NCBI GenBank assembly: GCA_964460785.1
Contig: CAYWQB010000001.1
Span: 244,657 to 308,656, forward strand
From: an uncultured bacterium
GTDB taxonomy: Bacteria; Chlamydiota; Chlamydiia; Chlamydiales; CAYWQB01
DNA length: 64,000 bases
Direction: 5' to 3'
The notes beneath the pieces are model-generated. The model was not told where the DNA came from, did no database searches, and worked only from the letters and a program-made list of their open reading frames with translations. Shown here in pieces: positions 53,886 to 62,398 of the stretch (positions are counted from its first letter, which is position 1; each line of letters starts with the position of its first letter). Made by a program: the position numbers and the translations under genes.

Positions 53886-55067
53886 ATGAAAATCGGTATT
53901 GCAACTCGAGAAGACGTAGAGTATTGGGGTGGAGACCTCGCTGCTGCTTTCTCTGTAGCTGAAGGGTTAAAAAGCCTCGGAGCCGAGGTGGTTACCTACC
54001 CCAATACAAGCTTCACTCCCCCAGACTGTGACCTCCACTTGCTCACGAATATTTTTTGCCCACAACCTTGTGCGGCTCCCCTTCACCAAAAAAAATCTCC
54101 CTTTGGCTTTTTAGCTTTTCACTTAGATGTATCGAACCTCCAGCCCATGAGTGGCTTTGTCAATGGCCTCACCTGGATCTTAAAAAAGACATCGCCAACA
54201 AGGACCCCCTTTACCATTGAGCACCTCCGCAAAGCTCCCCACCTTGTCTACCAGCTAAGCAGTTTTGAAAGTCCTCAACTGGAAAAGTTATACTCCGTCA
54301 CCTCTGAAGCAAGTTTCATCTTTACAAACTCCCAAAAGGAACTGCAGTGGGTGCAACAGGATTTTCCGGTTCGCTGCCCTGTTAAACGCATTTTTTGGGA
54401 TATTCCCACCTTTCCCAACGCTCCTGATAATAAAATTTTATCTTTCACAGGCTTACAATCGAAAGAGTTTGCCATTCAAATCGGACGCTTAAGCCCAAGA
54501 AAAAATCAACTCGGCACAATCGTCGCCCTTAAAGACCATCCTATTCCCCTTGTCTTTATTGCCACAGGAGATAGCTCCACTAAAGGCTCTCATAGCTACT
54601 ATCGAGATCTATGCCTAACCGCCGCTCAAAACTTACGCAAAGCTCCCACTTTTTTCATCAGCCCGGACCTTCGAACTGAGAAAAATGGGAAGTGCCACAT
54701 GATTCAAACACCCATTTCTCCTGAGCTGATTGCTAGCTGTTACCAGCATGCTGCGGTGAATGTGCATCCAGCTTTTGCAGAAAACCCTGGCTTCACCTGC
54801 CTAGAATCTGTACGTATGGGAGTCCCTACAGTAGCATCTAATACCACCTCTCTACCAGATTACCCAAAAGCAAGCCCTGGTTGGGATGAGACATTTGGTG
54901 GTTGGATCCGCTACTGCCGACCTTATGATCTTGCGGCTATTGAACAGGCTGTGTGTGACCAACTTTCCTATACTGGCATCCCTCCAATTCAGCATCCTAT
55001 TTTCCAGCGTACAAGTGTAGATCTTGCCAAAGAGCTCCTGCACGAACTGCTCTTATTTTTTAAATAA
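53886..55067 (+). CDS. Glycosyltransferase, group 1 (GT-B fold, GT4-like)
   Basis: The C-terminal motif is HPAFAENPGFTCLESVRMGVPTVASN (E-x7-E type). I trimmed the start to ATG 53886 (MKIGIATRED), because the ORF-track version would overlap the divergent rnr start. Confidence 0.75.
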   Translation: MKIGIATREDVEYWGGDLAAAFSVAEGLKSLGAEVVTYPNTSFTPPDCDLHLLTNIFCPQPCAAPLHQKKSPFGFLAFHLDVSNLQPMSGFVNGLTWILKKTSPTRTPFTIEHLRKAPHLVYQLSSFESPQLEKLYSVTSEASFIFTNSQKELQWVQQDFPVRCPVKRIFWDIPTFPNAPDNKILSFTGLQSKEFAIQIGRLSPRKNQLGTIVALKDHPIPLVFIATGDSSTKGSHSYYRDLCLTAAQNLRKAPTFFISPDLRTEKNGKCHMIQTPISPELIASCYQHAAVNVHPAFAENPGFTCLESVRMGVPTVASNTTSLPDYPKASPGWDETFGGWIRYCRPYDLAAIEQAVCDQLSYTGIPPIQHPIFQRTSVDLAKELLHELLLFFK

Positions 55068-55145
55068 GGATTAATAAACTCTAATAGACGAATAATGCTC
55101 TTTTTAATAAAATATTTCTGAATTTTTTATATAAAAAGAGTCCAT

Positions 55146-56039
55146 ATGCAATCCCGAGATTCTCTTCCTAAAGCTTTTTTTTGGACCCTAGCCAGTGCGA
55201 TTGGCTTTGCGGTATTTTCAGGAGCCTTTAAAGAGCTTCAACCTCGCTATCCGACTGAGCAGCTTCTCTTTTTCCTCATGGCTCCCATTCTCCTCTTTGC
55301 CTGCTTCATGCTAAAGATCACCAAACAGCCATTTTTTGTTAAAAAAAAGGCTGGCCTTCTTTCGATTCGTGCGATTGCAGGATTCTTTGGCTGGGCCTGT
55401 TACCTTTATACTATTCCTCACCTTCCTCTGCCTATAGCCTCCATGTGCTATGTTTCGATGCCTCTATTTGTCATCTTGCTTGCCCCCTTATTGATCGGTG
55501 AACACCTCGCAAAAAGCACCCTCCTCTGGATCTCTCTCTCATTCTTTGGGATCTTACTACTCATCGAACCCTCTCCTAACAAATTTGACCTTTCTGGACT
55601 CTCTCCAGAGTACCTTCTCTTAGGTTTTTGCGGCGCCCTACTTGCGGCGCTCGGGCAAATTGCTAACCGCCGTGCCTCCTTTTCCCTCTCTTCTGAAACA
55701 ATTATTTGTTGGTTTGCTTTAGTTGGCACCTTATATAGTGCTGCTTTCTTACCCTCTCAGTGGCAGCCCATCATGCCCAAAGATTTCCTACTCTTTGCTG
55801 CCCTAGGCATTGGAGGAATTATTACCCAATACACATTCACCCAAGCCTTTCGCCATGCTCCAGCTGGCATTGTTTGTACATTTGGATTTCTTGATGAACC
55901 AGCCTGCATTGCTGTAGGTTTATGGTTTTTCAATGAAGGGCTCAATCTTGTTCAATGGTCCGGACTCATCATGCTAGCCATTGGAACCTCTACTCTTTCT
56001 TTACAAAGAAAGAAAAAATCAGAGACTTCCCCCTCTTAA
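55146..56039 (+). CDS. EamA/DMT-superfamily transporter
   Basis: The protein is 297 aa with ~10 TM segments in two EamA-like halves. An AAGAG SD is present. Confidence 0.8.
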   Translation: MQSRDSLPKAFFWTLASAIGFAVFSGAFKELQPRYPTEQLLFFLMAPILLFACFMLKITKQPFFVKKKAGLLSIRAIAGFFGWACYLYTIPHLPLPIASMCYVSMPLFVILLAPLLIGEHLAKSTLLWISLSFFGILLLIEPSPNKFDLSGLSPEYLLLGFCGALLAALGQIANRRASFSLSSETIICWFALVGTLYSAAFLPSQWQPIMPKDFLLFAALGIGGIITQYTFTQAFRHAPAGIVCTFGFLDEPACIAVGLWFFNEGLNLVQWSGLIMLAIGTSTLSLQRKKKSETSPS

Positions 56040-56141
56040 TCTCCAAGCATTGATTGAACTGCTTGAAAAAGAAACAATTCATCAGGCAGAATGGCGCCGC
56101 TAACGTGTACTTAACCTCTGGAAAACGGAGATTCCCCATTT

Positions 56142-58049
56142 ATGCGCCGTTCTGTATGTTACGCCGAGCCCTCTCTAGCTCTTGCTGGAGAAGTTGGCAC
56201 TTGGAAGTTCATCTACTCACCTGCTATTAATCTTCCTAAAGGAGCCAGGCTTAAATTTGACCTTCGATCTGAAGGGCGAGAAATTGACTGGGAAGTACCG
56301 ACAACAAGCTTACGAGCAAGTGATAATACGATTTATGCACTGCTAGAAGATGAAACGATTCTTTCAGCTCAAGAAGTTGAAGTTCCAGACTCTTTTGTTC
56401 CCCAGTTTGAATTTACCCTTCCCAAAGCTCTCGAAGCAGGAGATAAATTCACCATTGTACTGGGTCCTTCTCCAAAGTCCAAAGCTAAAGCACCAAAAGG
56501 CAATGCGGCGCAAACTCAATCTCAGCGCCGTCGGAACTTTTTGCTGTATATAGATCCTAAAGGCAAGGGAAGCTTTGAAGACCCTGAGTCATTCAGTATT
56601 GATATCAAGGGAAACAAACTAGCTAACATTCGCGTTCTCTCTCCCTCTTTGGTCACTCGAAATAAGCGCTTTGATATTGTTGTGCGCTTTGAAGACGAAT
56701 TTGGCAACCTGACAGCAAATGCAGATGAAGGCACCCTGATTGACCTCTCGTATGAACACTTAAGAGAAAACCTAAATTGGAAACTCTTTGTTCCTGAAAC
56801 AGGTTTTGTTAGCTTGCCTAACCTTTATTTCAATGAAGCTGGTATTTATCGCATTAAGTTAACGAACCTAAAAAATAAAAAAACCTACATCTCCTCTCCA
56901 ATTAAGTGCATGAACGAATCTGATGTTGGCATTTTTTGGGGACTGCTGCACGGAGAAAGCGACCGCTATGATTCAGCAGACAACATTGAAAACTGTCTGC
57001 GCCACTTCCGCGATGATAGCGCTCTTGACTTCTACGCCAGCTCTTGCTTTGAATCCCAAGAAGAAACTCCCAATGAAACATGGAAGCTGATTAGCCAAAA
57101 TGTCCAAGACATGAATGAAGCTGATCGCTTTATCACATTTCCTGGGTGCCAGTGGGAAGGAGAAACCTCTGAAGAGGGCTTGCGCCACTTAGTCTATCTA
57201 AAAGATGGCCGTCCAATTCCTCGCAAGAAGGATATTAAATACAATAACCTCAAGAAAATTTATAAAGCGTTTTCCCCCAAAGAGCTTCTATCTGTTCCTA
57301 GCTTTACAATGGCAAAGGGCCACAGCTTTAATTTTGCAGACTACCAGCCAGAGTATGAAAGGGTAGCCGAAATTTATAATGCCTGGGGCTCCTCTGAACG
57401 AACAAAAAAGCAAGGGAATCCATGGCCTATTTCTTGCCCTGGAAAAAGTGGTGTCAAAGAAGCCAATGAAGGTTCTTTAATCGATGCGCTAAAAAACAAC
57501 TGTCGCTTTGGCTTTGTTGCTGGAGGCTTGGATGACCGAGGCTCTTATAGCGAACTCTTTGACAGCGAGCAAGAGCAGTACAGCCCTGGATTAACCGCTA
57601 TTTTTGCTGAGGACTGCTCAAGAGATGCTTTTATGGCAGCTCTCTACAAGCGCGCTTGCTATGCAACAACAGGGCCCCGGATTTTAATGGGTCTATACCT
57701 TGCAGGAGCCTGTATGGGACAGGAGCTTGATACAACTGACAAACCGGGACTGGAAATCAACCGTCACCTATCTGGTTACATTGCAGGGACTGAAAAAATC
57801 AAGCTAGTAGAGATCATCCGCAATGGTGATGTTTTAACAAGCTTCACCCCAAATACTATGCATTTTGAGTTCACTTATGATGACATGGAGCCTCTTGAAA
57901 AAGTTGCCCTCAAGGCCTCAAATCAAGAAGAGCGCTTTGCATTTTACTATGTCCGCATGATTCAAGAAGATGAACAAGGCGCATGGAGCTCCCCTATTTG
58001 GGTAGACCTTTCTGCTAAAGCTAAAATCAAGCGCAGCAAGAAAAGCTAG
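56142..58049 (+). CDS. Hypothetical protein with DUF3604-like C-terminal region
   Basis: The protein is 635 aa. The order WGLLHGESDRYDS...LDFYASSCFESQEE...FPGCQWEG...LRHLVYL...VAEIYNAWGSSE follows the DUF3604 layout (GDLHvHT...DFxAvTDH...yEW...ei.S..G..E), but with H-G-E in place of H-x-H. The assignment is tentative. Confidence 0.55.
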   Translation: MRRSVCYAEPSLALAGEVGTWKFIYSPAINLPKGARLKFDLRSEGREIDWEVPTTSLRASDNTIYALLEDETILSAQEVEVPDSFVPQFEFTLPKALEAGDKFTIVLGPSPKSKAKAPKGNAAQTQSQRRRNFLLYIDPKGKGSFEDPESFSIDIKGNKLANIRVLSPSLVTRNKRFDIVVRFEDEFGNLTANADEGTLIDLSYEHLRENLNWKLFVPETGFVSLPNLYFNEAGIYRIKLTNLKNKKTYISSPIKCMNESDVGIFWGLLHGESDRYDSADNIENCLRHFRDDSALDFYASSCFESQEETPNETWKLISQNVQDMNEADRFITFPGCQWEGETSEEGLRHLVYLKDGRPIPRKKDIKYNNLKKIYKAFSPKELLSVPSFTMAKGHSFNFADYQPEYERVAEIYNAWGSSERTKKQGNPWPISCPGKSGVKEANEGSLIDALKNNCRFGFVAGGLDDRGSYSELFDSEQEQYSPGLTAIFAEDCSRDAFMAALYKRACYATTGPRILMGLYLAGACMGQELDTTDKPGLEINRHLSGYIAGTEKIKLVEIIRNGDVLTSFTPNTMHFEFTYDDMEPLEKVALKASNQEERFAFYYVRMIQEDEQGAWSSPIWVDLSAKAKIKRSKKS

Positions 58050-58071
58050 CCTAGACTAGGAAGGAGGGGTT

Positions 58072-58266
58072 ATGTCATCATTTCTCACTACATTTCTTAT
58101 TGCATGTGCGCTTGTTGCCCTTGCCTTTGTCGGACTATTAATCGGCTGGTTTTTTACTGGCCGTCCCTTCAAGGCTAAGTCGTGTGGAGGAGCACTTAAG
58201 CACCGTAAAGACAGCTCTTGCGGCAAAGACATTAAGTGTGAGCTGTGCTCAAAGGACAAAGAGTAA
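58072..58266 (+). CDS. nqrM: NqrM-like (DUF539) Na+-NQR maturation protein
   Basis: The protein is 64 aa. One N-terminal TM segment (FLTTFLIACALVALAFVGLLIGWFF) is followed by a basic tail with four Cys (KSCGG, SSCGKD, KCELC). An AGGAGG SD lies 6 nt upstream. Confidence 0.6.
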   Translation: MSSFLTTFLIACALVALAFVGLLIGWFFTGRPFKAKSCGGALKHRKDSSCGKDIKCELCSKDKE

Positions 58267-58339
58267 CCTTTGCCATTGTCTAGAAAATCCTGAGTCGATA
58301 TATCTTGTCTGAAGGAATATTTCGATACTTGGAAAATCT

Positions 58340-59473
58340 ATGACTCCCACTCTTTCTCTTTCAGAGGCGGCTGAGCGCCTTATCAATGACATGCCCACCC
58401 CAGAGCTCCAGCAGATTGCAGAGCATGCTTTGCAAGGAGAGCGCTTGCAAACCACCGAGGGAGAGTACCTTTTTCGCACTCCCCATGAAGATGCGGTCAC
58501 CAAGCTTGCAGATCTCTATAGAGCCACTTTTTTTGGCAATCGCGTCTACTATGCCCACACTCTTTTCATTCACCCTACCAACTTATGTGAGCTTTCCTGT
58601 CCTCTCTGCTCATTTTATGCAAAACCGGGTTGGGAGAAGGCTTGGTTTTTAACTCCAAAGCAAATTGCTGAGAAAGTGCGCAGTGCATATGAACGAGAAA
58701 AAATTGGAGAAGTCCACTTTGTAGGTGGCCTATGGCGTGATTGTGATTTAGACTACTACCAAGAAGCTTTTGGATATATTCAAGAGATTAGCCCCTCAAT
58801 CCATATTAAAGCTCTCACTGCCGTTGAGTATGATTTCCTAGCTAAGTTGCATAACCTTCCAGTAGAAGAAGTCTTCCGCCGCATGCAGGCTTGGGGCCTA
58901 AGCTCCCTGACAGGAGGCGGTGCAGAAGTACTAGTTGAAGAGATTCGCAAAAAACTAGCACCGCAAAAAATCACCTCTGATGAATACTTGGATATTCATC
59001 GCCGTGCTCATAAGGCCGGATTAACATCTAATATCACCATGCTCTTTGGTCATATAGAGGAAGACCATCACCTTGTCACCCACCTAGATCGCGTTCGTCA
59101 ACTACAAGATGAAACAGGAGGCCTACGCTCTTTCATCCCACTAAAATTTCATACAGAAAATAATGCTTTAGGCAAGCGCAAGCAAAGACTCAAACCTAAG
59201 AACCTTCATAAAGTCTATGCCGTTTCTCGCCTCATGCTTGATAATATTGACCGAGTTAAAGTGCTATGGAACTACCTTGGCATTGAAGAAGCTGTGGCTC
59301 TACTTCAAGGGGGAGGAAACGACCTAGCTGCCACACAGGTAGATGAAAAAGTCATCAAAATGGCTGGTGGTATGGAGTTTCAAATGACAAGGGAAAAGCT
59401 ACGCGAATTGATTCTGGAAATTAACCGCGAGCCTATCGAGGCACATTCTGGGTATACCAACAAAGAGGGGTAA
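58340..59473 (+). CDS. Radical SAM enzyme of the futalosine pathway (MqnE/MqnC family: aminofutalosine synthase or cyclic dehypoxanthinyl-futalosine synthase)
   Basis: The radical-SAM cluster motif is CELSCPLC within IHPTNLCELSCPLCSFYA. The protein is 377 aa and sits directly upstream of mqnA and ubiE. Confidence 0.8.
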   Translation: MTPTLSLSEAAERLINDMPTPELQQIAEHALQGERLQTTEGEYLFRTPHEDAVTKLADLYRATFFGNRVYYAHTLFIHPTNLCELSCPLCSFYAKPGWEKAWFLTPKQIAEKVRSAYEREKIGEVHFVGGLWRDCDLDYYQEAFGYIQEISPSIHIKALTAVEYDFLAKLHNLPVEEVFRRMQAWGLSSLTGGGAEVLVEEIRKKLAPQKITSDEYLDIHRRAHKAGLTSNITMLFGHIEEDHHLVTHLDRVRQLQDETGGLRSFIPLKFHTENNALGKRKQRLKPKNLHKVYAVSRLMLDNIDRVKVLWNYLGIEEAVALLQGGGNDLAATQVDEKVIKMAGGMEFQMTREKLRELILEINREPIEAHSGYTNKEG

Positions 59474-59476
59474 ACT

Positions 59477-60298
59477 ATGTTGCGAGTGGGGCGCTTATGC
59501 ACAATCAATGTGCTTCCTATTTTTGCAGGGCTAAAAGCGATTAATGCAGATCTACCAAATATTGAATGGGTTTCTGGAACGCCTGCAGAGCTCTCTAGGC
59601 TTTTTTTAAATGGCGAGCTTGATGTCTCTTTTCTCCCTCTCCCCAGCTACCTAAGCTGTCCGTCTCTACCACAACCTGCCGGTAACTTTTGCGTTTCAGC
59701 CCACCCTCAGGCACATACGGTCTCTCTCTATACAAGAAAGCCCATTAAAGAGCTTCATCATCACCCCGTCCACATTACTACTCAGTCAAGAGCTAGCGTA
59801 CAGCTTCTTCGCGTGCTTTGTAAGCATTTTTGGAAAGTCCATCCCCACTTCTTTTTACTTGAGGGCCCTCCTACCCCCTCCCTTGATGCCTATTTATTAA
59901 TTGGTGATCAATGCATGCACCACTCTCCTCCTAAAGGGTATGAGCGTATTGATCTAGCCCAAGCTTGGCGGTTAGCCACTGGCCTTCCATTCACCTTTGC
60001 CCTCTTGGTCCAGCAAACTTCCCTGTCAAAAGAAAAGCAAGCTAGTTCCAAGCTCTTGATACAAGCCTTAAACCTTTCCCATCAGTGGTTTTTATCACAT
60101 CGTGATCAGGTAGCAGCAGAAGCTGCTAAACAAAGCCATGTAGAGAAAGCATTTTTTGACCAATACTACCAAGACTTACATTATAAGTTATCAAAACACG
60201 ATGTAGAAGCCATTCAGCTTTTTAACTCGTATTATAAGCCCTTTAATGAACAGCAGCGAAAAGATGACCTCCTCCCCTCCCTCTCAGCAATTTCCTGA
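59477..60298 (+). CDS. mqnA: Chorismate dehydratase MqnA-like protein (VitK2_biosynth family)
   Basis: The N-terminus MLRVGRLCTINVLPIFAGL fits the MqnA pattern (i.ylN.lP) rather than the MqnD SPCPND pattern. The protein is 273 aa and has a GAGGGG SD. Confidence 0.7.
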   Translation: MLRVGRLCTINVLPIFAGLKAINADLPNIEWVSGTPAELSRLFLNGELDVSFLPLPSYLSCPSLPQPAGNFCVSAHPQAHTVSLYTRKPIKELHHHPVHITTQSRASVQLLRVLCKHFWKVHPHFFLLEGPPTPSLDAYLLIGDQCMHHSPPKGYERIDLAQAWRLATGLPFTFALLVQQTSLSKEKQASSKLLIQALNLSHQWFLSHRDQVAAEAAKQSHVEKAFFDQYYQDLHYKLSKHDVEAIQLFNSYYKPFNEQQRKDDLLPSLSAIS

Positions 60299-60998
60299 AA
60301 CAATCCAGAAAATGTTTAGTCGCATTGCAAATCAATATGATAAAGGCAATGCGATTCTTTCATGCAATACGCACCACAAGTGGAACCGCCGCCTTGTTCT
60401 TGAAGTACTCAAGCATATACAACCGAGAGCTGCATTAGATTTGTGCAGTGGCACGGGAGAAGTAGCGCTTCACATAACCAAGTTATATCCTCAGATTAAG
60501 CAACTACACCTTATTGATTTTTGTGCTGACATGCTGGAGCATGCCAAAGACAAGTTTGCACAAAGAACCTCTCCAGAACAGGTGACTATCCAGGTAGGCG
60601 ATGCCATGGACATCCCCCTACCAAATAATCATGTCAATGCTGTCACCATTGCCTATGGCATTCGCAACATCCAAACTCCCTTACGTTGCCTTGAGGAGTG
60701 CTATCGGGTCCTTGCCCCTCAGGGAGTACTTGGAATTTTAGAGCTTACAGAACCGAAAAACCGCATGATACGCTTACTGCATAAAATCTATCTCAACCAT
60801 ATTCTGCCTGGAATTGGTCGATGTATTAGCAAGGATCGCGAGGCATATACCTACTTATCAAAAAGCATCCAGCAGTTCACCTCTCCCCAAGCTCTAGCTA
60901 AACAGATTGAGCAAGCTGGGTTTGAAACCCCGCAAAGAATTCCGCTAATGGGAGGGATTGCACATATTTTTATCGCAAGAAGTACAAAAGAGGGCTAA
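60246..60998 (+). CDS. ubiE: Demethylmenaquinone methyltransferase (UbiE/MenG)
   Basis: The motifs are FSRIANQYDKGNAILSCNTHHKWNR and the SAM-binding DLCSGTGE. The start is ambiguous between ATG 60246 and ATG 60264, and both overlap the mqnA 3' end. Confidence 0.85.
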   Translation: MNSSEKMTSSPPSQQFPETIQKMFSRIANQYDKGNAILSCNTHHKWNRRLVLEVLKHIQPRAALDLCSGTGEVALHITKLYPQIKQLHLIDFCADMLEHAKDKFAQRTSPEQVTIQVGDAMDIPLPNNHVNAVTIAYGIRNIQTPLRCLEECYRVLAPQGVLGILELTEPKNRMIRLLHKIYLNHILPGIGRCISKDREAYTYLSKSIQQFTSPQALAKQIEQAGFETPQRIPLMGGIAHIFIARSTKEG

Positions 60999-61263
60999 AA
61001 AGCTTCTCAAGAAAGAAAAAGAACCCTTTATACAGCCAAGTAGCTGCTTGAGCAATTTTAGAGGGATTTTGAGTCTGCAAAGACTCCTCTTCGTCATCAA
61101 ATAACCTACGCTGACAACGAGGCTTGTCTTCCACTAAGCGACTCCGATACACCTGCTCTCTTCTCTGCAGAGGAGGTGGAGAGGAAGGAACCCTGGGCGC
61201 TCTGGACTCTGGAGTATGAATAGAGTTGCTAGAACTACGACTAATCGAAGGTGAAGAAGACAT
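60970..61263 (-). CDS. Possible Ser/Pro-rich hypothetical protein with hydrophobic C-terminus, uncertain
   Basis: The ORF reads MSSSPSISRSSSNSIHTPESRAPRVPSSPPP... and ends ...WLYKGFFFFLEKLFSPLLYFLR. No clear SD precedes ATG 61263, and the ORF-track start is a TTG inside a hairpin. It overlaps the ubiE 3' end by 29 nt. Confidence 0.3.
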   Translation of the reverse strand: MSSSPSISRSSSNSIHTPESRAPRVPSSPPPLQRREQVYRSRLVEDKPRCQRRLFDDEEESLQTQNPSKIAQAATWLYKGFFFFLEKLFSPLLYFLR

Positions 61264-61278
61264 AATAACAATCACATA

Positions 61279-61304
61279 GGCCAAGGGGAGCTTCCCCCTT
61301 GGCC
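61279..61304 (-). terminator. GC-rich 10-bp hairpin downstream of the 162-aa gene (candidate terminator or RNA-stability element)
   Basis: GGCCAAGGGG (61279-61288) pairs with CCCCTTGGCC (61295-61304) around a 6-nt loop. On the minus strand it follows the stop at 61321 and precedes the U-rich UAUGUGAUUGUUAUUAUG. There is no clean U-tract. Confidence 0.35.
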
Positions 61305-61320
61305 TAAAAATTAGGTTAGA

Positions 61321-61809
61321 CTAAAGCGTAAGTTTTTCTGGAGTCTTGCGCTGTCTTGGGCCTAATTCAGCTTTCTTTGCTTGTTCAGCATCTTCCGCTG
61401 TATGAATTCCAAGACCCTTCATCTCCTTGGAAATTTTAGGCTTAGAAGAACCCCACTGTCCTAGAATAGACTGTAGGCCACTCTTCACAGAAGCATACAT
61501 TGACTTGCATACAGAGACGGTAGAGGCAAAAGCTTCCTCTAATTTCTCTTGAATTTTGACTGCAGCTGAGTGAATGGAACTCTTTACAGAAGCCCATGCA
61601 GACTCTACAGATGCCATAAAGCTTGTTGGCTCCTCTACAGGAGAGCTTGGAGTTGTAGGTTTAAACTTTTCCATAGATTGAATTCCCCCAGCATCTGTAG
61701 CGATGCCTTTAGGAGATCCAGTAGGTGGAGTTACAGATGTTGATGTAGCTCGTGGAGCCTCTTGTGGTAGCCTAATAGTAGGCTTTTGTTGGGCAACAGG
61801 TGTAGACAT
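61321..61809 (-). CDS. Hypothetical small protein, paralog of the 61973..62398 product
   Basis: I placed the start at ATG 61809 (MSTPVAQQKP...), after an AGAGG SD. The N-terminus is P/T/S-rich and the core is an amphipathic helix. The C-terminal KEMKGLGIHTAEDAEQAKK motif is shared with the neighbouring gene. Confidence 0.6.
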   Translation of the reverse strand: MSTPVAQQKPTIRLPQEAPRATSTSVTPPTGSPKGIATDAGGIQSMEKFKPTTPSSPVEEPTSFMASVESAWASVKSSIHSAAVKIQEKLEEAFASTVSVCKSMYASVKSGLQSILGQWGSSKPKISKEMKGLGIHTAEDAEQAKKAELGPRQRKTPEKLTL

Positions 61810-61890
61810 ATTGCAACCTCTTTTTTTAAGAGAGTAATAAAATATTATGGAGAACATCGTAGTAGCAGTGAAAGATTTCGTCAAACACTT

Positions 61891-61938
61891 AAAAATAAAA
61901 AAAGCTCAAGAAGTCCTTTAGGACTTCTTGAGCTTTTT
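61891..61938 (-). terminator. Strong (bidirectional-type) Rho-independent terminator
   Basis: A perfect 13-bp stem forms between GCTCAAGAAGTCC (61904-61916) and GGACTTCTTGAGC (61921-61933), with loop TTTA. It is flanked by an A-run (61891-61903) and a T-run (61934-61938). On the minus strand it follows the stop of the 141-aa gene and is followed by UUUUUUUAUUUUU. Confidence 0.75.
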
Positions 61939-61972
61939 CGTTAAAAAGATCGCTTGGTCTGCTATAGACTGC

Positions 61973-62398
61973 TTATCCTCTTACCTTTCCAGATCTTGTT
62001 GTTTTTGGAGAGTTAGCCATTTCTTGGACTTTCTCTGCAGTCATACCAAGACCTTTTAGGTCTTTATTAATCACTGGAGCTTTCTTGAACAAGCTTACAA
62101 AATTCTTTGCAGCTGCATAAATAGTCTGAAGTGCAGATTCATAAAATTTCACGGCAGAGTCCAATGCTGCGTTCAGAAAAGTTTTTGCAGACTTCATGAA
62201 AGCAGAAACTTTTTCTTTCATTGCTGAAGACTCTTGTGTCATTTCTGCAGCTACAGGTGTTGCTGAAGCAATGGTATCTTGAGCTTGTGGCGCTATAACT
62301 TTTCCAGTTCGTGTTTTTACACCATTTGGTGCTGCAGCGAGCTCTTTTGCTTGTTCAGGGGTAATTCCTAGCTTTTTATTAAGATTAGTTAGTCTCAT
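61973..62398 (-). CDS. Hypothetical small protein with the same motif at both termini
   Basis: The protein is 141 aa. The N-terminus is NKKLGITPEQAKELAAAPNGVKTRTGKV and the C-terminus is LKGLGMTAEKVQEMANSPKTTRSGKV. The central region is an amphipathic helix. The gene has its own terminator and a long AT-rich upstream region. Confidence 0.65.
   Translation of the reverse strand: MRLTNLNKKLGITPEQAKELAAAPNGVKTRTGKVIAPQAQDTIASATPVAAEMTQESSAMKEKVSAFMKSAKTFLNAALDSAVKFYESALQTIYAAAKNFVSLFKKAPVINKDLKGLGMTAEKVQEMANSPKTTRSGKVRG

Noticed and set aside
55098-55139. An AT-rich inverted repeat (CTCTTTTTA ... TAAAAAGAG) between the GT1 gene and the EamA gene.
   Set aside because: The stem is all A/T with a ~24-nt loop in an AT-rich spacer. 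It is too weak to call as a terminator or operator.
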